64,000 nt of DNA from a virus. Taxonomy: Duplodnaviria > Caudoviricetes. The DNA lies in IMG/VR virus record IMGVR_UViG_3300021958_000044, positions 1 through 64,000 of that record; one strand, 5' to 3'. Position 1 is the stretch's first letter. Each line of letters opens with the position of its first letter. The notes under the pieces were generated by a model, which had not been told where the DNA came from, did not search any database, and saw only the letters and a list, made by a program, of their open reading frames with translations. Below are positions 49,270 through 57,369 of this stretch, piece after piece. The position numbers and the translations under genes are program-made.

Positions 49270-49388
49270 CCCTCAAAGGTGATGATGTGGCCCCTCGTTG
49301 GTACCCTCGCCCATTCATCCGACTAACCTCCCGCTCTTTGCTAGTCTTACCGCTACCGGGAGCACACCAGAAGCTCAACCGGCAAATC
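49270..49388 (-). ncRNA. GC-rich, potentially structured leader or small RNA upstream of the bfd-like gene
   Basis: 63/110 GC over 49271-49380 in an AT-rich genome; three hand-identified hairpins; immediately downstream of a sigma70 promoter. No family recognised. Confidence 0.4.
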
Positions 49389-49396
49389 AAGATGTA

Positions 49397-49425
49397 AGTA
49401 TACTTTATTCTATGTATAATGTCAA
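49397..49425 (-). promoter_or_regulatory. Sigma70-type promoter TTGACA-N17-TATACT
   Basis: -35 at 49420-49425, -10 at 49397-49402. Confidence 0.8.
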
Positions 49426-49429
49426 CACT

Positions 49430-49945
49430 CTACACCCATGAGAAACTAACGGACATTCTTTGTCCTAGAATTATTGGTGTATGATGGGTTCCTGCTCTAA
49501 TAAAAATAGCATCACCTGGATTAATCACAGCTGAGCTGTGAGCCTTATCTCCGTAGACACTTTCACAGCAGTAGCCTGTTTGACCCCATAGGTTCAATAT
49601 AATTACATCCATCTCATCTGTATGTCGGCCATAGTTATGACCATTTTCGATCCAGTTAGCATATATATGTGCGTTTGTAAACTGGTACTCCTTTGTTAAC
49701 TTATCTACTACCTGTTTTGTTTTACCTTGAAACGTTCCGGTAAATTGAAGCCATCTATTGTTGTAGTTGGCCGCGTCGTTTTTAGATAACCATTTGTTCT
49801 TTTCAGCGAACTTGTATTGGTCTGCTACATCGAGAGCAGTATGTGATACTGGATGAAAGTTTCTAAGAACTCCAAATCCCCAATCATAATGTTGTTCGAT
49901 CTCGCTAAAGCGGGATCCTTTTTTTCCTGGATCAATCTGTCTCAT
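49430..49945 (-). CDS. JmjC/cupin-type Fe(II)/2OG oxygenase (171 aa)
   Basis: YGRHTDEMDVIILNLWG ... VINPGDAIFIRAGTHHT: HxD...H facial triad. Confidence 0.75.
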   Translation of the reverse strand: MRQIDPGKKGSRFSEIEQHYDWGFGVLRNFHPVSHTALDVADQYKFAEKNKWLSKNDAANYNNRWLQFTGTFQGKTKQVVDKLTKEYQFTNAHIYANWIENGHNYGRHTDEMDVIILNLWGQTGYCCESVYGDKAHSSAVINPGDAIFIRAGTHHTPIILGQRMSVSFSWV

Positions 49946-50477
49946 TTGTCTTATACCAACTTACTAAAACTAAACGCGTGCCTTTTTCAACTTGGCCAAC
50001 CCCATGCAAAAGATCTCTTTTGTATATCATAGTTTGTCCATCTTTAACTTGGACGACTCTAGGGATTATTTTTTGGTCTATTGGGGCTTCTTGCCCTTTC
50101 TCCCTTTTAGCATACTTGTTTGATGGACGTTCTCTTTTCTCGTACGGAAGATGGACCAAAGTGTCACCTCCTATGCAGTCGCTCTTTAGTACCGTAACCA
50201 TGGTAAGACCAACATCATCAACATTATCAGTATGCATTCTTGTAAAGGCTTCTGGGCCATACTCTAAAAAATAATGACTATACAGTTCTCTCTCAGCAAA
50301 CTTTTCTAGTTGTCCAAACGCATCAATCCCTTCTCGTTGTTCGCCTGTAGGATGTCTCTTATCAACATCAAACAGATTGTAGTCTTGATGAGCTGGATTT
50401 GAAGGCATAGATAAAAACAACTTAATGAGGTCTGATACCTGTCTGTCCGAGAGAATATTTTCTATTGTATAACTCAT
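49932..50477 (-). CDS. Fe(II)/2OG oxygenase (181 aa)
   Basis: TRMHTD ... GGDT ... LLHGVGQVEKGTRLVLVSWY. Confidence 0.85.
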   Translation of the reverse strand: MSYTIENILSDRQVSDLIKLFLSMPSNPAHQDYNLFDVDKRHPTGEQREGIDAFGQLEKFAERELYSHYFLEYGPEAFTRMHTDNVDDVGLTMVTVLKSDCIGGDTLVHLPYEKRERPSNKYAKREKGQEAPIDQKIIPRVVQVKDGQTMIYKRDLLHGVGQVEKGTRLVLVSWYKTNETD

Positions 50478-50483
50478 ATTGCT

Positions 50484-50512
50484 ATTATATATTCCTAACT
50501 ATTAAATGTCAA
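50484..50512 (-). promoter_or_regulatory. Sigma70-type promoter TTGACA-N17-TATAAT
   Basis: Perfect consensus; the -10 box ends 6 nt before the ATG at 50477. Confidence 0.85.
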
Positions 50513-50542
50513 CAGGAAACCCCTCCGAAGAGGGGCACCTGT
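50512..50542 (-). terminator. Rho-independent terminator with UUCG tetraloop
   Basis: ACAGG-TG-CCCCTC-TTCG-GAGGGG-TTT-CCTGT downstream of the DUF932 stop at 50557. Confidence 0.8.
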
Positions 50543-50556
50543 AAGTAAATTAGTCC

Positions 50557-51531
50557 TTATGCTGCTTGCGCAAACTTTAGAGCAGACTCAAGAGCGTTAA
50601 CTTTCTTAGTCTTGTTAACGCCATACCAAGCACTGTTCAATCGAGTGTCATTTTCACGACCCATAACATGATCAGTCATGTAGGTTACAGCATTGAATGC
50701 TTGCCAGTATGAACCCTCTGCGAAGTTAGCACCAGGCTGAGTCTTCACAACATTCATTGCAAGTTTAGCATTCTTAGAAGCGTACTTATCAAAGTCAGCT
50801 ATCGATGCTGGGTTGAATCCTACACCTTTCACCTTAGGGTTCTGGTTAGGGAACACAGTTGAGAAGTAAGTTCTCAAAGAATCTTCAGTGTAACGCTTAC
50901 CGGATAAGAATGTAGCCATATCTTTGTATGTTTCCATTTTACCTTTAGCAATACCTAGAAGAGATTTAGCTTCTTCAGCATCAAACGCTTTCTTGTGACT
51001 CATTGAGATTTGATACTCACCTTTCTGAGCAAGAGACAAAGTCAATGTGTTATTACATACTACACGGATTGGAGTAAATCGAATATCGACTGCTCGTCCG
51101 TACATATGTGGGTTAGTCAATAGTAAGTATGACTCAACTAAGTCTTTACCATTGATAGTGAAGTCATCTTTCACCTTTGCAAGACACCAAACTTTCTTAC
51201 CGTCTTGTAATGATCCAGCAGTATGCATTTCCATATCACCAGCTTCAACAAACTCCCTAAAGAAGTCGAATGCATCAGCGTTCTGTACAGGATTCCAATT
51301 CTGCTTAACCATATCTAAAGGCATTCCATCAGACTCACGAATTAACATATCGTGTCCTGAATAAATATCTTCACCATTAAATGATGCGAAAGAAGGAACC
51401 TTAGCGACTCTCCAGTCTAGTCCTGCTTCAACCATCATATCATCTACCGAAATGTCTTCTGAGACTTTCGTACCGAGCCCATGCCAAGGAAGTTGTCCTG
51501 CGTAAGCCATTGTTTCTACCATATGTGCCAT
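50557..51531 (-). CDS. DUF932 family (TIGR03299-like) protein
   Basis: MAHMVETMAY...PWHGLG, TAGSLQDGKKVW, FTPIRVVCNNTL. Confidence 0.88.
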   Translation of the reverse strand: MAHMVETMAYAGQLPWHGLGTKVSEDISVDDMMVEAGLDWRVAKVPSFASFNGEDIYSGHDMLIRESDGMPLDMVKQNWNPVQNADAFDFFREFVEAGDMEMHTAGSLQDGKKVWCLAKVKDDFTINGKDLVESYLLLTNPHMYGRAVDIRFTPIRVVCNNTLTLSLAQKGEYQISMSHKKAFDAEEAKSLLGIAKGKMETYKDMATFLSGKRYTEDSLRTYFSTVFPNQNPKVKGVGFNPASIADFDKYASKNAKLAMNVVKTQPGANFAEGSYWQAFNAVTYMTDHVMGRENDTRLNSAWYGVNKTKKVNALESALKFAQAA

Positions 51532-51565
51532 AATTTATTTCTCCAGTTGTTTAAATTATACGTCT

Positions 51566-51594
51566 ATTATACTAAAAAGTTGATTTGAAGTCAA
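51566..51594 (-). promoter_or_regulatory. Sigma70-type promoter TTGACT-N17-TATAAT
   Basis: Upstream of the DUF932 gene (SD GGAG). Confidence 0.85.
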
Positions 51595-51607
51595 CGGTTG
51601 TTTCAAA

Positions 51608-51904
51608 TTAAATGTGCTTACATTGTCCACGGTATGTAAAACCAGGACAAGAACATCTGCCATCTTCAATGAAATATTTTTGACCCTTGGATCCGATAAC
51701 GACTTTTACATCAGGTCGTGTTAGTACATCAGCGTACTCGCCAATCTTCTCGAAGGTACGTCTAGCTTTACTAAACTGCTTCATCGGATTCTTAAAAACT
51801 TTATCGTTGTGCTGCACAAGGTGTCCCTGTGCATTGACGTGATATATTCCATTAGCAACTGGAGCGTCTCCCCAGTCAGTAGTTTCTTTTAGTATCTCAA
51901 TCAT
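51608..51904 (-). CDS. SWIM zinc-finger protein
   Basis: C-terminal CSCPGFTYRGQCKH; start placed at the TAATG overlap at 51904. Confidence 0.8.
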   Translation of the reverse strand: MIEILKETTDWGDAPVANGIYHVNAQGHLVQHNDKVFKNPMKQFSKARRTFEKIGEYADVLTRPDVKVVIGSKGQKYFIEDGRCSCPGFTYRGQCKHI

Positions 51905-52413
51905 TACGCTGCCTCCTTTGGAGCATAAACTTTGAACCACTCCTCAAGATCCTTATAAAGGATGTGGTCGCCATTGATCATCTCGAAAGATGATGCGTAC
52001 TCAGAACGCTCGCCGTCCTGAGACTGAACCCAAGTTTCGTATTGCTTGGAGATCTCAAATCTCATGTGACCGAACTCATCGTTCTTAGTAACTTTGTGGC
52101 AAACCCAAGCGTCGCCATCGAACCACATATAGGTTGGTGCTTCCCATTCCTCAACATGGTCTGACTCAACAAAGTCAGCATCATCGATGATATCCCAATC
52201 GAGAACATACTCAATGAAAGCATCGCTCTCAGAGGTAACAGCATCAAGAGCTGAGTTACGGAACTCTGCATCGCAGGCCTCAGAGAACGTACACTTAACG
52301 ATATAAGTGTCGCCACCCTTGAACTTCCAGTAAGCGTTCTCACCGGTACCCAACGAGCCGTCCTCGTTCCAGGCATAATTCTCTTTGTGTTGTGTTTGAA
52401 TAACGATTTTCAT
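51904..52413 (-). CDS. Acidic hypothetical protein (169 aa)
   Basis: MKIVIQTQHKENY...YWKFKGGDTYIV; SD GAGGA; upstream sigma70 promoter. Confidence 0.8.
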   Translation of the reverse strand: MKIVIQTQHKENYAWNEDGSLGTGENAYWKFKGGDTYIVKCTFSEACDAEFRNSALDAVTSESDAFIEYVLDWDIIDDADFVESDHVEEWEAPTYMWFDGDAWVCHKVTKNDEFGHMRFEISKQYETWVQSQDGERSEYASSFEMINGDHILYKDLEEWFKVYAPKEAA

Positions 52414-52441
52414 ATTGACTTCCTCACTAACTTATGCCCCC

Positions 52442-52470
52442 ATTATAGCTAAAAGTCTATTTGAAGTCAA
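52442..52470 (-). promoter_or_regulatory. Sigma70-type promoter TTGACT-N17-TATAAT
   Basis: Shares GTTGACTTCAAAT..ACTTTT with the promoter at 51566-51594. Confidence 0.85.
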
Positions 52471-52509
52471 CAGTTTGACAAAAATAATTAATCGTTACAA
52501 ATCAATAAG

Positions 52510-53004
52510 TTACGAATTTTTTTCGTATTTTGTGATATTTTTTATCAGAATTTTTCCTGTCTTGAGCTCGCCATCCCAGCGAACATCGACGCCATGCACG
52601 TCTTTAATAATCCCAGATATCAGATCCCAATTCTGAGGCCTAGTCTTGGTTTGATTGGCTGTTTTGAAGCAATTGTAATCTATACAAACCTTAGGACGCT
52701 CATTGTAAATTCCACACTTCTTGGTACCAGCCTTTTCATCTACTTCTAGCTTAGGGCAGGTAAATTTAATTCTGAATCTTGCTCGCTCTTCATGAACTTT
52801 TTTATTGTCTCTAATAGACCAGTGGTCAACGACCTCGTTTTCATACCATATTAATTCTGTCTTATCAGACTGCCCCGCCATAACATCTAGCCACTCGGGA
52901 CCGTTAACGGGATGAACGCTTTGCATTTCAGATGTCCACTTACAGCAAGACCCGCAACGGACACAAACATCACTGGTTATAAGTCTTTCGTCTAGTTTCT
53001 CCAT
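52510..53004 (-). CDS. YkgJ-family (CxxCxxCC) Fe-S/Zn cluster protein
   Basis: CVRCGSCC ... CPKL ... KCGIYNERPKVCIDYNC; start placed at ATG 53004 because the track start (53061) lies within a promoter -35 box. Confidence 0.8.
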   Translation of the reverse strand: MEKLDERLITSDVCVRCGSCCKWTSEMQSVHPVNGPEWLDVMAGQSDKTELIWYENEVVDHWSIRDNKKVHEERARFRIKFTCPKLEVDEKAGTKKCGIYNERPKVCIDYNCFKTANQTKTRPQNWDLISGIIKDVHGVDVRWDGELKTGKILIKNITKYEKNS

Positions 53005-53032
53005 ACTATAACTTTCCCTTCTGGCAGAGAAG

Positions 53033-53061
53033 AGTATAATGATCGATCGATTTGATGTCAA
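53033..53061 (-). promoter_or_regulatory. Sigma70-type promoter TTGACA-N17-TATACT
   Basis: Leftward promoter of the divergent region. Confidence 0.8.
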
Positions 53062-53135
53062 CGCTTAACATAAAAATTTTCCTTGGTTTATCAGTTAATG
53101 CTATATAATATAGTAAAACGTGTTTAAAGACAACG

Positions 53136-53164
53136 TTGACTAAAAATATAAAATGAAGGATAAT
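53136..53164 (+). promoter_or_regulatory. Sigma70-type promoter TTGACT-N17-GATAAT
   Basis: Rightward promoter of the divergent region; the -10 box ends 6 nt before ATG 53171. Confidence 0.6.
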
Positions 53165-53170
53165 GCTAAA

Positions 53171-53986
53171 ATGATTCGAGCAATTATGATTTGCGATTAC
53201 AACAATCCTGTGTCCGTTGCATATTCTAAAATTGCAATGGCCACCTGGAAGGACGTTAAGAACGTTGAAGTTGAAAGATGGCAATGTTATACACCAGCGA
53301 CTATTGATACCGCTCCGTTTAAAATAAACTGGGGCAGGTATAGTAGTGCGGGAAAGTATATTAGAAACAAACATGAGATAACGCCAACGGAGAAGGCATG
53401 TCTTACATCTATGTTTCATTGGTGGAAGCATACTGCCGATACAGGCGAGAGAGTTATCATATTAGAACACGATGCTTATGTACGTGATCCAAAAGAACTG
53501 AGCAACCTGGTAAAAATTATGCCAGAGTTTGATCTCTGGAATCCAGGAATTGCAATGGAGTGTGCTTCGCTATCTCCTTACTTTGCAAAATACTGTATGA
53601 AGAAGTGGTTAAAAATAGAAGAACAAGTTGACGCTGGTCCTATGGCAGAACTGTGGACTGCTATGGAAGAATGGGTAAAAGTCGTTGCCATGTACGGAAA
53701 TAAGTTGGAGAATCAGATCTGTGCTGATTTAGGAGTGCCTGCAAGAAACAAGATTATGTGGCCTACTATCTATAGTAACAACACGATAGGCATTGGCAAT
53801 ATAATAATGGATGTGTTAAAAGGTAAAGTGGATATGCGTACTGCGCCTGTAACACAGGTATATTGTCCAGGCAAGAACACGCTCGTTCACCATTCAAAGC
53901 TAGGGGGCATTGGATATGGCGGCGACACATACAGACAGATGGAGATAATTGATGACCTCAAAGCAGAAGCAAAAAAAGTTGGATAA
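53171..53986 (+). CDS. GT25-like glycosyltransferase
   Basis: TEKACLTSMFHWWKH...VIILEHDA resembles GT25 (E.GC..SH..LW...ILEDD); the start may be 53153 or 53171. Confidence 0.6.
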   Translation: MIRAIMICDYNNPVSVAYSKIAMATWKDVKNVEVERWQCYTPATIDTAPFKINWGRYSSAGKYIRNKHEITPTEKACLTSMFHWWKHTADTGERVIILEHDAYVRDPKELSNLVKIMPEFDLWNPGIAMECASLSPYFAKYCMKKWLKIEEQVDAGPMAELWTAMEEWVKVVAMYGNKLENQICADLGVPARNKIMWPTIYSNNTIGIGNIIMDVLKGKVDMRTAPVTQVYCPGKNTLVHHSKLGGIGYGGDTYRQMEIIDDLKAEAKKVG

Positions 53987-54587
53987 TCTTGCAAAAGCAA
54001 GAGAAGCAAAAGCTAAAAAGAATCCACCAGCGTATAGTCAGTTTGCAAAAGAAGTAGTTGCATTGCCTGACGACCATGAGTTTAGTTTAAAGAATGTTCG
54101 TGAATGGATCAAAGAAGCTAAGACTCATAAAGCAGCTGAACATAGAAACCACCTTGCTGGTAACTCTGGTGCGCTTGCAAGAAAAGAAATGTGGGCAGGT
54201 TACATTAATCAATTAGAATCATATTTAAGGTCTGGGGCATACGTCAGTGCATTTGCTGGCGGAGATATGAGTAAAAAGGTTAAACTGTATTGTGTGTCTA
54301 TGGCATATTATCCAGATGGCCGACCTAAAAGAGAGGTTGGCGTTTTTTACAAAGACTATATGCAAGTGTGGACTCCAGAGCTTGAGAATCAAGAAAGACA
54401 ATCATATGGTCTGGAGCCATTAGAGTTTAATGAGAAGGGGTATGTTGTCGTCGATCGTCCAGCTGTATCTAATAAAGGGACTCCTAAAAAGCGTAAGAAG
54501 CGAGAAATGACTCCAGAACAAAAACAAGCACTAGTGGAAAGATTAAGAAAAGCTAGAGAAGCAAAAGCTGCCAAGAAAAAGTCATAA
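53952..54587 (+). CDS. Basic hypothetical protein (about 211 aa)
   Basis: Lys-rich AKAREAK motifs at both ends; SD GGAG; MAYYPDGRPKREVG core. Confidence 0.75.
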   Translation: MTSKQKQKKLDNLAKAREAKAKKNPPAYSQFAKEVVALPDDHEFSLKNVREWIKEAKTHKAAEHRNHLAGNSGALARKEMWAGYINQLESYLRSGAYVSAFAGGDMSKKVKLYCVSMAYYPDGRPKREVGVFYKDYMQVWTPELENQERQSYGLEPLEFNEKGYVVVDRPAVSNKGTPKKRKKREMTPEQKQALVERLRKAREAKAAKKKS

Positions 54588-54590
54588 ATA
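54583..54590 (+). promoter_or_regulatory. Late promoter variant CATAAATA overlapping a stop codon
   Basis: 5 nt upstream of ATG 54596. Confidence 0.55.
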
Positions 54591-54595
54591 CCAAT

Positions 54596-54955
54596 ATGGC
54601 AATAATTATTCCATTCCCTAAAAGTAATACTCATCCTGAGTTTGTTAAAAACGAACAAGAAAGAATCGAGAACATCAAAAAATATCAAATGGAGCTAGCT
54701 CTTAATACTAGCATTCAAATGACTTATATGATTCTTGAAGAAGTTCTTGCACGTGGTATTGAACTCAACGAAAATGATGGATCATTGGACCAACACTTGC
54801 TCATGGTATCTGAGTCTGTAAAGTCTCTAATGTTAAAGGCATGTGATATTAGACACCCGCTACAAAAAATTACTGAACAGATAGTCAATAAAGAAGAAGG
54901 ACAAATGTTTGGTCAAAGGTGGCGTGAAGAAGTTTTTGGAAATGATTCTGAATGA
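54596..54955 (+). CDS. Hypothetical protein (119 aa)
   Basis: MAIIIPFP start; position upstream of rnh. Confidence 0.75.
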   Translation: MAIIIPFPKSNTHPEFVKNEQERIENIKKYQMELALNTSIQMTYMILEEVLARGIELNENDGSLDQHLLMVSESVKSLMLKACDIRHPLQKITEQIVNKEEGQMFGQRWREEVFGNDSE

Positions 54956-54957
54956 CG

Positions 54958-54986
54958 TTGACTGAAGACGTCAAATAAAGTATAAT
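54958..54986 (+). promoter_or_regulatory. Sigma70-type promoter TTGACT-N17-TATAAT
   Basis: Upstream of rnh; TGACGT/ACGTCA inverted repeat overlaps the -35 box. Confidence 0.85.
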
Positions 54987-55010
54987 GTAGTTTTGATTTA
55001 GGATATTATT

Positions 55011-55889
55011 ATGATATTAGTTGACCTTAACCAGGTTATGATTAGTAATCTGATGGCACAAATACACGGCCGAGGTGACGTAGAAGTAGAAGAAAACTTA
55101 CTTCGACATATGGTGCTTAATGCGCTACGAGCTTCCCGTGTAAAGTTTAAAGAAGAGTATGGCGAGTTAGTTATCTGTTGTGATGATACTAATAACTGGC
55201 GAAAGAAAATCTTCCCATACTACAAAGCTCACCGTAAAAAGAATAGAGATGAGTCTGATTATGATTGGCCTCATATATTCAATTGCCTTAATAACATAAG
55301 GGATGAGCTCAAAGAATTTTTCCCGTACAAAGTATTACAAGTAGACACTGCTGAAGCTGATGATATCATTGGCGTGCTTTGTCATGAGTTTGGAGTTCAG
55401 TTAGGTTCTGGAGCAGAAAAGATTCTGATCTTGTCTGGCGACAAAGACTTTATTCAACTTCAACAATTTGTTAATGTCGATCAATATGATCCAATCAGAA
55501 AGAGAAAGGTCACTCATAAGGATCCCTCTCTTTATATGATTGAACATATTGTTAAGGGAGATAGAGGCGATGGAATTCCTAATGCCTTATCTGACGACGA
55601 CGTTTTTGTAACAGGCAAAAGACAAAAGCCTGTTAGACAAACGACCCTAAATAAGATTGTCGATGTAGTTTCATCGGTCTCTACGTTTGGTACGATAGAC
55701 GGTTCGTATGAGTGGAGAGAAGGGTTTCATAGAAATTGGAAACTGATCGACTTAAAGCACACGCCCGATCATATTAAAAATGAAGTGCATGTGCAATGGA
55801 ATAAACCTGACAAAGATAGAAAACATTTGTTTAACTACTTTGTTCAAAAAAAGCTAAATAATTTAGTAGAAAATATAAGTGAGTTTTAA
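55011..55889 (+). CDS. rnh: T4-type RNase H (5'-3' exonuclease/flap endonuclease)
   Basis: MILVDLNQ, NWRKKIFPYYKAHRKK, AEADDIIG, ILSGDKDFIQL, KGDRGDGIPN. Confidence 0.95.
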   Translation: MILVDLNQVMISNLMAQIHGRGDVEVEENLLRHMVLNALRASRVKFKEEYGELVICCDDTNNWRKKIFPYYKAHRKKNRDESDYDWPHIFNCLNNIRDELKEFFPYKVLQVDTAEADDIIGVLCHEFGVQLGSGAEKILILSGDKDFIQLQQFVNVDQYDPIRKRKVTHKDPSLYMIEHIVKGDRGDGIPNALSDDDVFVTGKRQKPVRQTTLNKIVDVVSSVSTFGTIDGSYEWREGFHRNWKLIDLKHTPDHIKNEVHVQWNKPDKDRKHLFNYFVQKKLNNLVENISEF

Positions 55890-55890
55890 T

Positions 55891-56322
55891 ATGTTAAAAG
55901 GATTAGGCGAAATAGTTAATGAAGTCAAAGAAGCCAAGTCTGTTGGCGAAAAGATTCGAATCTTGCAAAGAGAAGACAACAAAGAGCTGAGAGGCCTCTT
56001 TGAGTTGACCTACGACAACAGATTGACTTGGGCACTTCCTGAAGGTAACCCTCCATACAAACCATTGGACAAGTCTATGGACGCGCAGGGTAATCTATAT
56101 CAAGATATGAGACGTATGTACATTTTCTTGAAGCATGCAAAATCAGCAAACGTTGCTCAAACAAAAAGAGAGCATTTGTTTATTAGTATGCTAGAAGAAG
56201 TTGATCCAGATGATGCTGCCTTACTACTTGAAGCAAAGAGTAGAAAGATTAAAGGCGTGTCTAAGAAGATCATCAAACAAGCATACCCAGAATTTTTAGA
56301 CGACCCAGCGAATCAAAATTAA
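55891..56322 (+). CDS. Conserved T4-like hypothetical protein following rnh
   Basis: WALPEGNPPYKP...KREHLFISMLEEVDPDDAALL; alternative GTG start at 55879. Confidence 0.8.
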   Translation: MLKGLGEIVNEVKEAKSVGEKIRILQREDNKELRGLFELTYDNRLTWALPEGNPPYKPLDKSMDAQGNLYQDMRRMYIFLKHAKSANVAQTKREHLFISMLEEVDPDDAALLLEAKSRKIKGVSKKIIKQAYPEFLDDPANQN

Positions 56323-56648
56323 TGCCATTATATACGTTCAAGGACACCGAGACGGGTGAGACTTTTGATATGATGATGAAGATGGCCGAGAAAGATGTTT
56401 TCTTGGAAAACAATCCTCAGCTTCAATCTGTAATAGGTGCTCCTATGATTGTATCTGGTGTTATGGGTCAGAGAAAAGTCGACGAAGGGTTTAGCGAAGT
56501 ACTGCAAAAGATTGGTGAACAAAATCCTAATACTCCTTTTGGAAGGGAAGTAGGAGCTAAAGCTACCACAGCTAAGCAAGGAAAGGTTAATCAAGTTGTA
56601 GAGAAGTGGCAAAAGAAATTTCAGAAAGATATGAACAGTGGAACATAG
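56322..56648 (+). CDS. FmdB-like small protein lacking the Zn-ribbon cysteines
   Basis: MPLYTFKDTETGETF... N-terminus; precedes phoH. Confidence 0.6.
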   Translation: MPLYTFKDTETGETFDMMMKMAEKDVFLENNPQLQSVIGAPMIVSGVMGQRKVDEGFSEVLQKIGEQNPNTPFGREVGAKATTAKQGKVNQVVEKWQKKFQKDMNSGT

Positions 56649-57369
56649 ACTAACTAAAAAGCAACGTAGAATGTTACGCCAACAAGACGTCTTAGAAAAA
56701 GACAATTCTATAAACACCTCCAACTTTAAAGTTGACTTCAAACCAAAAACAGATACTCAGGCAGCAGCTTGCCGGGCATGGGACGATGGTCATCATCTGC
56801 TAATGCATGGTTATGCTGGTACTGGTAAAACGTATGTTGGAATGGCACTAGCTTTAGAAGAGGTGCTCAAAAACCACAGCAAAAAATTAGTAATAGTAAG
56901 AAGTGCAGTGCCTACAAGGGACATTGGTTTCTTGCCTGGCACAGCCAAACAGAAAATGGAAGTTTATGAACAGCCTTACAAACAAATTGCATCTTCATTA
57001 TTTCATAGGGGAGACGCTTATGAGATCCTTAGTAACAAATTTATGCTTGAGTTTGTCCCGACATCATTTGTTCGCGGAACCACTCTTGATAATTGTATTG
57101 TACTTGTCGACGAGATAAACAATATGACCTTTCATGAGATTGACAGTGTCATTACAAGATTAGGAGATAATACTAGATGTATCTTGTGTGGTGATTATAG
57201 ACAAAGCGATCTAGCTAACACAAGAGAACTTTCTGGTATCTCTCAATTTATGAGCGTCATCAATAACATGACGAGTTTTGTTAAGATGGAATTTAAAACA
57301 GGTGACATTGTAAGAAGTCCTTTAGTTAAAGAGTACATTATTACAAAAGCTACCATGGGAATCGTATAG
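56638..57369 (+). CDS. phoH: PhoH-family ATPase
   Basis: GYAGTGKT P-loop, IVRSAVP, GFLPG, FVRGTTLDN, LCGDYRQSDL. Confidence 0.95.
   Translation: MEHRLTKKQRRMLRQQDVLEKDNSINTSNFKVDFKPKTDTQAAACRAWDDGHHLLMHGYAGTGKTYVGMALALEEVLKNHSKKLVIVRSAVPTRDIGFLPGTAKQKMEVYEQPYKQIASSLFHRGDAYEILSNKFMLEFVPTSFVRGTTLDNCIVLVDEINNMTFHEIDSVITRLGDNTRCILCGDYRQSDLANTRELSGISQFMSVINNMTSFVKMEFKTGDIVRSPLVKEYIITKATMGIV

Noticed and set aside
49226-49390. Minus-strand reading frame containing APGSGKT (P-loop-like) in the bfd leader
   Set aside because: About 55 codons, TTG start at the predicted TSS, no Walker B, and it overlaps the better-supported Bfd ORF out of frame.
49270-49390. tRNA or known riboswitch in the GC-rich leader
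   Set aside because: No T-loop or cloverleaf and no recognised aptamer consensus; reported only as an unidentified structured element.
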